Numbered from the stretch's first letter, positions 1-13,309 are shown. The stretch is 48,876 nucleotides of DNA from Chara braunii (GCA_003427395.1 BFEA01000034.1:5052690-5101565); one strand, 5' to 3'. Made by a program: numbers and translations. Notes: generated by a model from the sequence alone, not told the origin.

Positions 1-339
1 ACACACATACACACATACACACACACAAATACACAGTAATCGTCCTTGCAAAATAATAGTACTAGTATTTGTTTTTTTTTTTTTTTTCTTCTCTCTGTGT
101 TTTCTGTTTTTTTTTTTTAATTCCAAAAAAATCATTGTTTCCTTAAAAAAAAATATGGGGTTGGTTGCAGGGTTGAAAAACCCTACAACTCCATATTTAA
201 AGGAAAAAAAAAATCCTATTTTTTTTTACGGGAAAATTTTGTGAAAAACCTGGTTGCGGTGCGGCCGACCTCAGCCGCAGATGTGGCCGCCCTTCGAGCC
301 CGACCCCGCGGCCTCGGCTGCGAGGGATACATAGCATAG
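1..339. mobile_element. Right end of a putative MITE (CA microsatellite, poly-T, GC-rich subterminal region, terminus GGGATACATAGC)
   Basis: The end gagggatacatagcatag (322-339) resembles the reverse complement of catagctatgtatcccc, which starts an insertion at 20009. Both carry (CA)n and GC-rich subterminal sequence. Confidence 0.45.
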
Positions 340-825
340 ATCCATTAACATGCTGTTTGCATTGCACTACCCATCCGTAGGATTGACTAATGCCCCAAAC
401 CATCAATCCCTACAGACAAGACAAAAGGAATATATCGAGTCTCTCGAAGAAAGAACACACAAGATAGATGGCGAAGAAGGGAAGAGAGGGGGGGAGAAGG
501 GTTAACATTGATGGCAGAGCCATCATTATTGGCATAGTAACCAGAACGAGGTGTTCTCCTGCGTCTGTCACAAATACCCATGGAATGTCGTGCGAAGGCC
601 ACAAAGGTAGGACACGGTGAGGCGAACGACAACAAGCAACAAGACATTAGACAACGAGCGGTTGCACGACACAGAGGGTGGAAGACATAAGGGAGGAAGG
701 CGGGCAAACAAGTAGCACAAGGGAAGAGGCATAGAGTGCCAAGTTGAAAAAGCAGAGAGCGAAAAGAATAAAATAGAAACTGATGATGATAGACTGTTTC
801 GTCAGAGTTGCACCGACCTGTGTAA

Positions 826-1190
826 CACACTGTACGTCGTACGGGGCTCTGGTCGTACGACCTTATGAACGGTCTCGTACAACATGACGAACCCCCCCCC
901 CCAATATATATATATATATATAATATATATATATGGGGATGTAGAGCTTTCGTGTTCTACACCCCCATATTTTTTGTTTTATTTTTTGATATTTTTATAT
1001 ATAAAAAAAACAAAATAGGAAAAAAAATAAAATTAAGAAATAACAATCGATTGATTGATTGTCGATTGATCGATTGTTTGTTGATTGATTGATTGATTAA
1101 TTCAAAAAAAAAAAAAAAAGCCTCGCACATAGCCTGACATAGGCGCGCAACTCTAACATAGTTGCGCGCTCCCTCTCTCTCTCTGTCCAT
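826..1190. repeat. Low-complexity insert: (TA)n, poly-A/T, (TGAT)n, (CT)n
   Basis: Microsatellites are directly visible; similar (TGAT)n tract at 20441-20490. Confidence 0.7.
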
Positions 1191-2159
1191 CTCTCAACGC
1201 GAACGTGCTGTCGGAAGGCGCGGTGCCCTGACCCTCCGTTGTGTACCAGGCATCCGCTCACATGCCCCACATTATGAGAGGCATGCAGTGTGTGGCAGTC
1301 GCTACTGAGGCAAGGAAAGGACCCTCCGCGGGCACCAGGCTTACCCCGTTGCTTGACCCCCATATAGTATCGGGCGTCCGCTCAATTACCTCCGCTGTGT
1401 ACCTGGTGCCTGCTCATGTACTTTTCTTATGGGCCAGGCGTCAGCTCACTTACCTCCGTTGGGTACCAGATACCAGTCCACAGGGTCGTGCGGGATGCCA
1501 GACTTCGTCATTGAGCCTCCCTGTTGAAACACGTGGACTTGGAGTCCTGCCATACAGCAGACTAACCCGTGGCTGAAGTAACCGTCGAAGCCACAAAAGG
1601 GGGGAGCCGAGACTATAGTCGGACGATTCCGTAGTTGATGCCTGAGTTTTCGTTTCCCGCCTAATCATGTCACGGGGGAACGAAACGGTTCAGGTTTGAA
1701 ATCGCAAGCCGAGAATAGGTAGTGAGGGCTGCACGACTTTTTGTTTTAGTATTCCATGAGCCCGACCGGCAAGGTACTACTGATGTGAGGGTCTTAAAAT
1801 AGGAGCACCTGCGGCCGCATCGGTAGGAGACTTGTCACCTCCCGTGAGAGGTTATGGGGCCCCTCCTTGCGATCGGACACAGGTACTCATTAGAGACAAT
1901 CCAGTGACTCGTTTTGAAGGGAGGAGGTGCGACCGCCAGTATCCTATTATGGGACCACTACGACGAGCCTGCGGTCGTCTTATGCCAAAAGTGAAACGAC
2001 TAGTGGATGATAGCAAATTGCACCGCTCGTGTTATGACCGTTGAGGTTCAGCCTCCTGTTTTCATTTTATTTCAGTTTATCTTATTTTATATTATTTTCT
2101 ATTTCCATTGAACTGAAAATGTTTCGGGCGTTTCGTTTAGAACGCGTATAGTCCTGCGC

Positions 2160-2966
2160 ATGGCAACCCTAGAAGAGGAGGGGTTGTTATGCTACACAGT
2201 GCTGGCCAACCACGTATGATCTGAGGATGGGGTAGTCGCACTGGAAAGCGCCGCGATCGTTTGGGGGTCTCTGTTCCTACTACTTCCTAGTGCCTCGAGC
2301 GTGTTGCAGAAGTGTGGGTAGGCAGCGGTCTCGAACATTGGCTATTTGTAGAAAAGGTGGCTATGGCAGACCGAAATGGCCTGCGTGGCTATAGGCTAAG
2401 GTACATGACGTACTCCTGGATGTGGGAACGCGAGGATGAGAAGGGCACCTTGGTTGAAACCATTTTGTCCTCGGAAACCTACGAGGGAAGTGAGGTTAAA
2501 AATTAACGTGTGCGGCCACAGGGAGCAGGAGATGAGGAGAGACGAGGGACTTCAGGCAGCTATTACCGAGGCGCGCAGCAGAGCTGAGCGGAGGTGCAGG
2601 CGAGACGGAGTGACTGCGGTCATGCAGGTGACGGTCACCTACCATGAGGATGACTCATCGACTCGGACCACGACCAGGGAGGTACAACGAGTCGAACGAG
2701 ACTCGGAAGGGGAGTCTGAAATAAGTGACGCGGAGACAACTCAGTCCAGACACAATTGGGATCAGTGGCGGCGGGACCATCCACTGGTGGAACCAGTAGA
2801 AGACGGCCCAGAGGCCAGCTCACGGCGAGAGAAGGACCAGAGCCACGAGGCCAAAAGACGCGAGAGTCAACGCACTAGAACAAGGGGAATGGAAGGGCGA
2901 GCGGTTGTGAGTGAGAGAGAGAGAGCGGGAGAGAGGTCAGGTGACCGAAAAGCGAGCTACACGTGA
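2160..2966 (+). pseudogene. Decayed orphan ORF, charged Arg/Glu-rich C-terminus
   Basis: ATG at 2160; ORF pieces 2312-2506 and 2436-2966 join by a frameshift into a protein-like sequence. No family recognised. Confidence 0.45.
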
Positions 2967-5522
2967 GTGACTAGTTGATGTCATCCGTTGATCGGAATGT
3001 CTGCAGCTCACCTGGGGTTATTTATCTGGTGCTCTGAGGTCGTCTCTCTATTACTCTTGGCAAGGGATTGAACGTGCGCGCATTCCTTTCTCTGAGTACG
3101 TGACCATCAGGGAGACAGGAGTCAGGTAGCTGAGAAGCGTGCTCAGCATGAGTGACTATTGACGTTTGTCACTCATGCTTGAGCTTGGACACGAGGGATA
3201 GTCATCCCCTGCACTCCGAAAACAAGAGATCTAACATGCCGAGTTTGTGAGAGGGCGGGATCACTGAGCGAGTGAGCCTGTGAATGATGCTCCGGGGGTT
3301 ATCCCGCAAGGGCGGAGCAGCTAGAGTCACAAGAGAATGGTGGACAAGCGATGACGGTGATCAGACCAGTTTGATGATTTTAGTGGCCTTGATCAGGGCG
3401 ACATTGCGAAGTTGGAGCTGTGAGTGACTTATTTACCCGCGCGTGAGCAATTCGATAGGCTTGCAGTGGCCGGAGTCTACCCTCTCGGTGGTTGTCATCT
3501 CCATTGGATGTCCATAGTTGGGCTTTAGTAACGAGACGCCTTCCTCTACCCATGGCTTTAATCGTTCTTTGATTGGGTTTGGGATGGTAAAAGTGTGCCG
3601 CTGCACGATCTCCGTTCTCATACATGTAACCCGCGCCTTCAACCGTCTTGCTGAGTTCAGCGAGCACGGGGCACGAGTGTGACTTGTTCGAAGAGGAAGT
3701 GCATTCATGAAAAAGTCATGGCCAATAGAGAGTATGAGTACAGGAGTGTGAGAAGCGCAAGAGGGGCCGACGAGGGCAATTTCAGAGGCCATTGACTTCC
3801 ACGCTACCTTTTCCTGTTCAGTGAACTCTGGATCTAACCAGTTTTCAAGGCACTTACTATGCCGTTAACGTAGGAGGGCTCTTCTTGATTGAACTTTGTT
3901 GGACTAATAATTTTTTTACTTGTGTTCGGTTTTCCTGACGAGCGTCTAATGTTGACTCTGAATCAGTAGGTTGGGTAATCCCCTATCAGTCACTCATCAT
4001 CATGACATAGGTCACTGTCAACTGTGGTTGAGTAGCATTGATCAAATGACATCCATTCGTCGACGTTTGCGAGATGGTTGTTTCGAGTACTTAAACGGAT
4101 AAAATTGGAGAATAACAAGAAGGTCTTCAGAGCGATGGATTATAGCCTATGAGAAAATAAGGAGTTCTATGTTTCTTGCTCGTCGGAAAAACTAGTAGGC
4201 AGATGAGTGAATTGGACAGTAAGCAATCATAAGCGTTTGGATTTTCGGGCTTATCAGATAGGTCCCAGCCTGTTTAGTCAGAGTTAATACAAAACCTCCC
4301 CTTTACGCAATGCAAGAGAGGGTATGGTCTTAATGTTTCCTGGTATGTATGTATGGATGATGGATGGGCAAGAAACAACGCACCCTGAAAATGATTGCTT
4401 ATCTACTCACAAAATACCTCTTGGATGGAGACTAAACCCATGATCAACCCGAAAGGATTGAGCCTACGCCGAACAAGCGAAAGATTTGGAATGCGGCGTT
4501 TAAAACCCTCCAGCTTAATCTGTTTGTTTGCTATGTACCCCTATTAGTCTAAACCTATTTGCGATCAATTTGTGATTCTCCCCTATCTTGAATACTACAA
4601 TGTGATGAGGATCATGGTAGCGCCCAATGTGGTATTTAAGGAAGGAGATGGGAACACTAAAGTCGCCCCTTGCCGTGCTCACACGAGGGTTACACCAGCC
4701 TCATCTGGTATGGCGTGAACAAGGGCGCAAGCCCTGACTTACGTTTCCTCATGCTGAGAGAAACAATATTCTTCTTTATTTATTCACCTATTCGGCCATC
4801 TACTAGCTTAGCGTTTTAACTTGATTCAAGGGGCAGGTATTGCCCTACTTCCTGCCTCAAAGTTTGCAGTGTTCCGAGTTACTCCTGAGTAAGGGTTAGG
4901 AGCGTCCACCTATTATATAAAATGCAATGGGTTGGACTTTCGACAAAATACTTTCTCTAGTACAGAGATTGACATGGGGTTCTTGGGGGATGGACATAAG
5001 AAAATGCTCTAGCAGACGTCGAAGTGCTTAGCAAACGCGGAGAAATCATATCTAGCTTTGTATTTAGGACAACCACGCTGAGTAGGGTGTGACTCTATAC
5101 TCTGAGCAGCGGTGTTAGACTCTGATGAACTCAGTACTCGAGACTGTTGTGCTGTTTACAGTCACGTCCAGAGTTTAAAGTCGTTGCCCTTAAGTACAAA
5201 GTGTTCAGCCTCGTACCCCATGGTGGTTTGAACCCGACTAGTGGTTGTTGGCCACACTTAGGGGTTGATCGCTATTCTAGGCTCAGGACGGTTATGGGCT
5301 CGATGAACCCTTAGGCCCCGTCTTTACACCGGCTGCTCGAGACTCAGGAATCGACCTGGTCTAGTAACAGAGGGCCTGATGCCGAATGCTACCTTTAAGC
5401 AATTATAGTCGGCTAACTCCGGTGCAGCGTCGGGGAAAGGCAGTTGAGTCCTACGGTCCTACTCAAACCCGAGATCAATTACCATTTAGTCCCATGGGAA
5501 CTTAAAACCCTGAGTAACAAAC

Positions 5523-6180
5523 TATGAAAATAATAGTTGCTGTTGTAGTGAGAGAAATATGGCTGCAGAGGCTGACCTCCTGCCAACAGAGGACTATTAA
5601 TTTTAAGGCCCAGGTGTCGAGTGTGACAATAAGAAGTCACTGGTAAGGGGCATCTTGGTGACCAGTTTATCCCCTCCGGATCGGTAACTTAAAGTCCTTT
5701 ATGGTGATAACTCAGTAATCTGTAAAGGTCTCGAATACAGACAAAAGTTTCCACAACTCCAATTATCAATCCATGAATCAAACTATCTGTTCAACGCGGC
5801 AATTGACAGTGAAAAGGACAGTGGGTATGTCCAGCGTAAACATTCGTATGATATATGTATCACTTCATTAGGACAGAGGTGAGAACTGAGAAGACAAAAT
5901 TTTCAAAGGTCGAGGGTCACAAAAGGGAACCGAGGGACTTGGTGAAAAGAGGGGTTGAAAATTTACACGAATCCATGAGAATAAGTATCGTGCACCCACA
6001 AGATCTGAGGAGAGAATGCATAACTCAACCTCATCCCATGAGAGCATTCGCACAGCACCGTCGGCTTCTGAGAACCTTTTGAGGACCTTCTGGGCAGTCA
6101 AGTCCATCTCCATTGCAACCACCCACATAGCCGCAACAACTGCAAAGGACAAGTACCTCGTTTGCTTAAGTTACTGTCAG
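5523..6180 (+). pseudogene. Decayed orphan ORF with possible RNase H-like motifs
   Basis: Manual translation ...VICKGLEYRQKFPQLQLSIHESNYLFNAAID... then, after a frameshift, ...FSKVEGHK... Confidence 0.3.
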
Positions 6181-6895
6181 TGTTAGTCCAAATAAACAAT
6201 CGTCGATGAGGCCCCAAACTCTAGGTGTTTCCCAAGAGTGTGTGTTGGGTGTCTTTCGCAGAAGGCATCCCCCTTTCTTCCCTTATAACGGGGATCAGAC
6301 CAGAGCTCAAAAGTGGGGTCCTCCATGCTCTCTATTAATCAACCCTCGGGACTATCACGAGGCTGATACTCACGACAGGATTTCAAGACAGGAGTGAGCA
6401 CCTCTTAGAGCACCCCCTCATGGTTGAGCCTTGGTGAGTGAAGGGAATCATGAGGGAAGAGGAAATACTAATGATGAAATGTGAGGTTATTTTGGAGAAG
6501 CATGAGAACTGGGAGGACGGAGCTATCCTGAGTATGGAGTGTCACAAAAAAGACTTGAGGGAGAATGCAGTTCGAAGGATTAAGGAAGAAAATTTCATTG
6601 AGTTCATGTTTTATTTTCGAGATCAGAATGGCGAGTTGCATAGAACAGCACCTTAAGCTAGCGAGTGTCACTCCATAATTTGCAGTCTCTTCAACTCTCA
6701 TACACTAAGTGACCAGTGTTTATTTCATTATCCAACCAGTATCCAGACAGCATTCAATCAGCATTTAGTCGTTAGAGTTAGTTGAAAGTTTCAGTCAGAG
6801 TCAACCAGCACTCATTCATTCGTATTTGCATCAGAGATCAACAATCAATCATTACTAAAAGACAAAGGGATTGATTTTAGCATCCGACTCTGCTC

Positions 6896-7525
6896 ATGAC
6901 TGCAGTTAAGTCTCTTCTTGTCAGTGAGTCGGTTTTGACCAGCCTTAACAAGATAACCCTCAAGGATGCCTTCCAATACCGATATGTCAGTGCAGTTGGT
7001 TTCAGGCAGGGAAACCTATCAGTTTTTGTGGTTCACATGAAGTTTGCGGGAGGTACCATTCATGACTTAAGGGTCTACCTGAAGAGGGGCAAGGAGACTC
7101 ATGAACACTTCGATTCAGTTTGTGTCTCTACAACCAGGTACCTTGAAGAGAGAGAGAAAGACGTTGGTGAGAACGATGCCAAACTGATCCGTAGCTTCGG
7201 ACCCAAGCTTTACATTGACTACCCCAAGCCTCCGGTACCCTTCACTCTCACAGATGGTTCTTACTAGGGTGACCTGGTGGATCTGGCCAAGAGGTACATC
7301 TCTCCCACAACAATTGACTATGAGGCAGTGACTTAGCCTTCAGAGTTCCGGCATCTCAGACGAGGGATCTTTTCTCAATCTTATATTCCTACTCTATGGG
7401 AGGAATTTTGTGCTATGGTTGACTTCTGTATCATTGGACCTGGGTGGAAGTGTTCAGACCTTGCAGGCTTTAGATGGCTCTGTATTCAGCGACCGCAACC
7501 TCAGAAAGTACAGGGGCGTGGCTGA
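6896..7525 (+). pseudogene. ~209-codon orphan ORF with two in-frame TAG stops
   Basis: ORF 6896-7267 continues in frame past TAG 7265 and TAG 7334 to TGA 7523. An acceptor-like TTTTAG lies just upstream. Confidence 0.55.
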
Positions 7526-8324
7526 AGGCACAGGAAACGCACAACAAAATGAGAGATAGAGTGTATGACTCAAAGGGATGAGTGAGGACCCTTTATGAGT
7601 GTTGGCCACACTCCCTTCATGTGTACTTTCTGAGATTATTATCGGTTCTCACTTTCCCCCCATCTCACTTGTTTCTATCTTGAGTCAATCTGTCTCTGCT
7701 TTGTCTACATTGATTTTGCTCAATGATGATGCTCTCTGGTGATATTGTCATAGTTCTTAAAACAAGTAAATTAGCAAAAGTGATGCATGCATGACACACC
7801 AGGGTTTTATGATCGTTATTTGTATAATCTTTGCTATTCCGAATCAAAATAAAAGATTCATAAGACCGGGGACCGACGAAGACCACAATTGAAGGGTCTC
7901 GCTCGAAGTCGGACCCACATAACAGGAAGGGAGTTGCTGTAATTTATTTATTTATTGCAAAACATCAACAAAATCCTGCGTGACAGCCTGTTGGTTTTCT
8001 GGTCGCCCGAAGAGGCCCGACTAAAAAAAGTGCGACAAAAATGGCGTCGTTGCCAGGGCCATGAAAAATTTTCATGTCCAGAACGAGTTTGGGGCAACAA
8101 CCGTTTTGAGCTTTTGATTAGGACATGAGAACTGTTGACAAATCCTTATTTTCATATTGACTTTGACGTCTTGGTTGAGTCATTATTTTCTTTGAAATCC
8201 TAGTTGCTAACTTAGTCATATCTCCTCATGTGTGAGGTAGTACAAAGTCACAAGGTCATGAACGCAAACACAACAGTGAAGCAATCATAGACAAAGTAAT
8301 TGAGTGCAATTGATGTTGCAAACA

Positions 8325-8843
8325 AGATAGAAAGAATAAGAAGAATTTATGCTAGCGTCCCCGACGCGTTTCAACGGCCGTTACGCCGTCATCATCAGGG
8401 GGAATTCCACCGACAAACCCGTACTAACTAAGCTGACCACTAACCCACTTCCGCCTGCTGAACCTACTGGTCTCCGGACACCGATAGGCATCGCAGGCCG
8501 TCAGTCCTGAAGAGAACAAACAATTGGCTCGGGCGCAATTTATACCCAAAAGACAAGACCACACACTATGACTGAACTTCATCTACCAAAACGCAGGTCA
8601 CCAGTTCGAGCTGGATTCTATAATGCCCAATGTGACCCACATACTGAGAAGGCCAGACCCGTAGGCCTACGAAAGGGGAACCAACCACTTACGTCCGAAA
8701 CCGGATAGTACCAGCCTTCGAAGGTAACCAAAGAAAATACCCTACATGCCAAACACGAGTCATACTCTACGGCCTCCCTAAGAAGGCAAATCAAAACCAA
8801 GCATCAGCAAACAAACAAATACAGAAACGAACGAAAAGAAACA
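8325..8843 (-). mobile_element. ~520-bp non-coding hammerhead-containing insertion (PLE-derived or retrozyme-like)
   Basis: Flanked by the 7-bp direct repeat GCAAACA (8318-8324 and 8844-8850); interrupts an ORF; carries a hammerhead. Confidence 0.65.
8358..8403 (-). ncRNA. Minimal type I hammerhead ribozyme
   Basis: Minus strand reads UCCCC CUGAUGA U GACGGC GUAACG GCCGUU GAAA CGCG UC GGGGA: core boxes, stem I, stem II, palindromic stem III, GUC site. Confidence 0.85.
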
Positions 8844-9200
8844 GCAAACACCCTATCCGAATGCTCAGTGAGGTGTCACACTGGATTGGAGAGGGAGACT
8901 GACATTATTCAGTGAGGAAGATCAGGCTTGATCACATGTATGCCTTATGAGCCCTTGACGTCCTTGAAACATGGAGAGAGAAGAGAAAGGGTCAGAAGTC
9001 TAAAAACTCCGTCGAGAATGCTAACAACTGATGCATTAAAAAAACTCTCAAAATTCACTATTAAAGAGATAGTCCCCTATTAGTATGAGCACTGTTGGGT
9101 TTTTCATTCTGGCAACTCGACCATTTGTGTAGTGCCAACGTGCTTCTTGGAGGGAGATATCTATAATATTCGTCCTTATGTCAAAAATGAAGGATGCAAC

Positions 9201-10050
9201 CAGGGTTGTCGAGCCCCGGCCCCGGGGCCCCGGCGGGGGTCCTAGGGGCCGGGGGTGGGCACCCCTGGCCCCAGCAAAAAAAGTAAAAAAAATAAAANAA
9301 AAAAAAAAATAAAAAAAAAACAAAATAAAAAAAAAAGGGGGGTGCGCAGCCGCAACCTGCACCCCCTGGGCCAAACTGCAATATTGCAGTTTTGGCCCGA
9401 CCTCGCCCCCCCCCCGAGGCTACACTCCACCCTCGTAAGCCCGGGGTAGTGCGGGCGCGGGGCCGGGGNNNNNNNNNNNNNNNNNNNNNNNNNNNNNNNN
9501 NNNNNNNNNNNNNNNNNNNNNNNNNNNNNNNNNNNNNNNNNNNNNNNNNNNNNNNNNNNNNNNNNNNNNNNNNNNNNNNNNNNNNNNNNNNNNNNNNNNN
9601 NNNNNNNNNNNNNNNNNNNNNNNNNNNNNNNNNNNNNNNNNNNNNNNNNNNNNNNNNNNNNNNNNNNNNNNNNNNNNNNNNNNNNNNNNNNNNNNNNNNN
9701 NNNNNNNNNNNNNNNNNNNNNNNNNNNNNNNNNNNNNNNNNNNNNNNNNNNNNNNNNNNNNNNNNNNNNNNNNNNNNNNNNNNNNNNNNNNNNNNNNNNN
9801 NNNNNNNNNNNNNNNNNNNNNNNNNNNNNNNNNNNNNNNNNNNNNNNNNNNNNNNNNNNNNNNNNNNNNNNNNNNNNNNNNNNNNNNNNNNNNNNNNNNN
9901 NNNNNNNNNNNNNNNNNNNNNNNNNNNNNNNNNNNNNNNNNNNNNNNNNNNNNNNNNNNNNNNNNAGGGTGGGCCACCCCCGCGGCGGGGGTCCGGGGGT
10001 CAAACCCCTACCCCGGCTTTGCCCCAAGGGGCCCCCGCCTGACAACCCTG
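9201..10050. mobile_element. Non-autonomous hAT-like DNA transposon (interior partly an assembly gap)
   Basis: TIRs CAGGGTTGTC / GACAACCCTG with a perfect 8-bp TSD GATGCAAC (9193-9200, 10051-10058). Confidence 0.9.
9469..9965. other. Assembly gap (N run)
   Basis: Run of n. Confidence 1.
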
Positions 10051-12053
10051 GATGCAACGACGATGAGACCTTTAATTGGTTACGAGAAATGGCAGTGCAA
10101 TCTATCGATGATGAAGTGACAAAACTAATCAAGCAAAAGAAGAAAGTGGAACGGGGATCAATGTCAGTAACCTCTGAGATCATCCTAATTCCTCCGATCC
10201 CTAACAGTTACACTGTGAAGGAAATAATTGATTGTCAATAATCAATATGGTATTGAGGTGGGAGGAATGCGCGGACTGTCATGAGAACGAAAAAAAATTC
10301 AACAAAGGAAATCAAACAGCGAAGATCAGGATTTGACAGAGGTTCAGGTCTAAGTAAAGAGAAAGTTGAGTGCCTTCTGAAATCATTGAATGTTTTAGGT
10401 AAGAGGGATTCTGAAGTATTCTCATATGAAAATGTTAAATATGAAATGGTCGAGAGTGGATGGAAACATGAACGATTCTATGTTTTAACATTCTACTTCA
10501 TCGAGTTGGACACATATGATGTGAGGATCTATGTTCCCAAGGAAGGAAGAGTTGAGGCAGTGTATGGAAGATGTTGGGGATTTGTTGAGGAAGTTGTATT
10601 AAAACTTTTATTGGTTTTGTTGGTTTTCACGAATCCTTTGTTTTAACTGTATGGCCCTTTGAAAGGTTAAAGCGTCACCGCCCCGGCAACATCTACGTCG
10701 GGCGAGATGGTTATGCCTTTCACCCTCAGCATAACTTCAATGGCCTTAAGCTCCCCCTGGTCACAGAGCGAATGTCAATGTCGTCCCACCCCACCCTTCT
10801 AATAATAGACTTACCACCCTGAACCGCTGATCCCTCCTCTGAGTGAACCCCCCCCCCACTTCCCACCTGCCTCTAATTCAACCTTCCCCCTTTCGTTTGC
10901 AAGACCGCATCATAGCAAATTTGAACTACAACTTCCGAAAAAAATTCAAGAAATGAACGACTTCATGCAAATTAAGTCCAACCTTTGGAAGTTTCCCAGA
11001 TGCAGATCGAGTACAAGATTGAAAATCGTCCGCAACTTTGTGCGTTCCTTTAGAAATATCTTTTAATTTGAAGACAAAATACGAATTTAAAAAACATGTA
11101 AAATATCATTGGAATACATCATCAACTGCCCCAAATAGGACTTTCGACCAATGCTATGAAAATTACAAGTTGAATTATCCGACAAGAACTATCGTTGAGT
11201 ACTTTTGAAACTTACAATAGATAACTAGAAATCAATCCCTAAAGAAAATCTTGAGAATGTAATTCGAGAATTCTTACCTATTTGTAATCAAATTTTCATG
11301 TAGAATTATCCTGCTAAATTTTCCATCAAAAATTGTAATTCAAAACGAGCAGATCATAATCAATCAGTGAGGACTATCAATTAAGAATCAAAGATGAATT
11401 CAACATGAATTATAAATTTTGAATTCAAACAGAAAGCGATTCTATCCCACGTGGGCCAGATCATAGTAGTACGTGATGAACAATCATACGAGCTACGAGA
11501 AATGATACCTTCCTTCCCCTCCTCCTCAACACCAACTTACCTCACCCCCCTCAAACCGTAGCCCAGCGTCTTTGGGGAAAGAGAGACACCCCTCCTCCCA
11601 CTGCTAGTAATGAAAATCAATACACTGCTAATACCGAAAACTTCACCGGCCATCTCAAATCCTCCAAGGAGAGACAGAAATGGTGTGGCACCTCCTCACC
11701 AAGCCCGCCAACGAGTCACCACGCCCACGAATCTCAGAACCCTGCAATGGCAGATTCTTCATCGTTGTCTGCCGACTCCCTAGTGGCTTGTTTTGAGAAA
11801 GGACCTTGAGCAATAAGGGCTACAATCTCCCATCTGCACCTATTGTGACGAGTCAAAACCGCCGGCCCGGCAACACTGGAACAATGCTTGCTGGCTTGCC
11901 AAATGGTCACCCAATTGTGGTAGTGCGAGGACTCTTCCGTCCACTCCCTCACGGGGTTGCACATCCCGTGGCACCTCAAGCTCCTGCTGCCTGGCAAGAT
12001 CCAACATCTGCTGGCACAACGGTCCCCCTTTGCTACCCATCTATTCTCATATA

Positions 12054-13298
12054 TGTTACACGCCCATATGGCCGATGTACATATATAGTGAGGAATCCGC
12101 AATGTGATGAAAAATACTGAACGGATAATGAAGTGCTAGCGGAATCTCAACAAGCAGTATACATCCTGATACATACAAAAATCGTACTTTGTGGTGCAGT
12201 GGCAGACTTAGATATAAGCCCTTACCTGACCGGGACCAACCTCCCTCACTTAGTACAAGACAGCGTAGCGAAATGCTAGAATACCAATGACTAGCCCAAT
12301 CAATGTAACAGTTGCAATGTGGACCAAACATACATCATCCTCATCACAAGGTGCGAAGCGGGGGGTGGCGCTATACAAACGAAGACTGCGCCAGATTCAG
12401 ACCATACACAAACGAAGAGGAGGAGATCAGACAAAGAAGAGGGGGAAGATGGGAATGTCGTTAACACCAAGACTTTGGTACAAGTCCCAGATAATCCCTC
12501 GTCAAATGTCTGAAGCCCAATGTCGAGTCTGGACCAAATGTCACGGATCCCGCTCTCTCGTAGTCTGCTGATGCAGTGAAGTCATAAAGCGAGAGGGTGA
12601 GAGGGAGATGGTGGACTGAGAACAAGAAGAAGAAGAACTCTCTCTTTCTCGCTCTCTCATGTGCCAGGTACTAACCTATGAAGATGGCGCTGTGCTGCAG
12701 GTACCTCGAAGACGAAGTTGGAGCTATGGCGATGCAGGTAAGTCTCCCAGGCCTCCGCCCAATCTCTCTCTCTCTCCAGTACTACTCTAACTCCTACTAG
12801 CGCCCAGCGCTGAAGACTACTGCTAACGCTACTACTACTATTGCAGCGCGCCTCCAGAGTGCTGCTGTCGAATCCTGAAGACTACCTCATGCCTCCTGAA
12901 ATGCAAGTGAAGTGCCTGGGAAGTCCCTATGAACTACCTACAGCCTGCAGGGCGGGCCAATCTTATATAGTGTTGGCCCGTCCAGGAGGTTGCTCTTGCC
13001 AATGCCAAAATGTGTTAGACCCTACCGTTGAAGCTTAAACAAAGGTTGTCATGAAAACAGGCCCAAAATGGCCTGTGCTAAACCCCTGGTCTAGTGCCTA
13101 AGTTTCAGGGCAGGTCGATCTTATGAGGCCCTGAAAATGGCCCTCCGTTTCAGGCTGAAAATACTCAGGGCCCGGAGGGCCCTGTTTTAGGCTGAAACGA
13201 CACAGGGCCTGTAGGCCCTTGTTTTCAGGCTTTCAGGCTGAAAACGACACGGGCCTGAAAATGGCCCTTGCAGCCTATTGCAGGCGCAGCATGTAACA
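12054..13298 (-). repeat. 3' LTR of Ty3/Gypsy element A
   Basis: TGTTACA...TGTAACA termini; adjacent polypurine tract on the minus strand (13299-13309); homologous to 16234-18183. Confidence 0.9.
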
Positions 13299-13309
13299 CC
13301 CCCCCTCCT

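Larger units (their letters stand above)
8060..10646 (+). pseudogene. Orphan ORF interrupted by two nested insertions
   Basis: Removing 8325-8843 and 9201-10050, plus one TSD copy each, restores one frame: ...IDVAN|TLSECS...VKNEGCN|DDETFNWL...MRTKKNS...NPLF. Scattered TAG/TGA/TAA stops remain. Confidence 0.6.

Noticed and set aside
9242-10183. Long ORFs in the ORF track (also 20083-20558)
   Set aside because: Artefacts of N runs.
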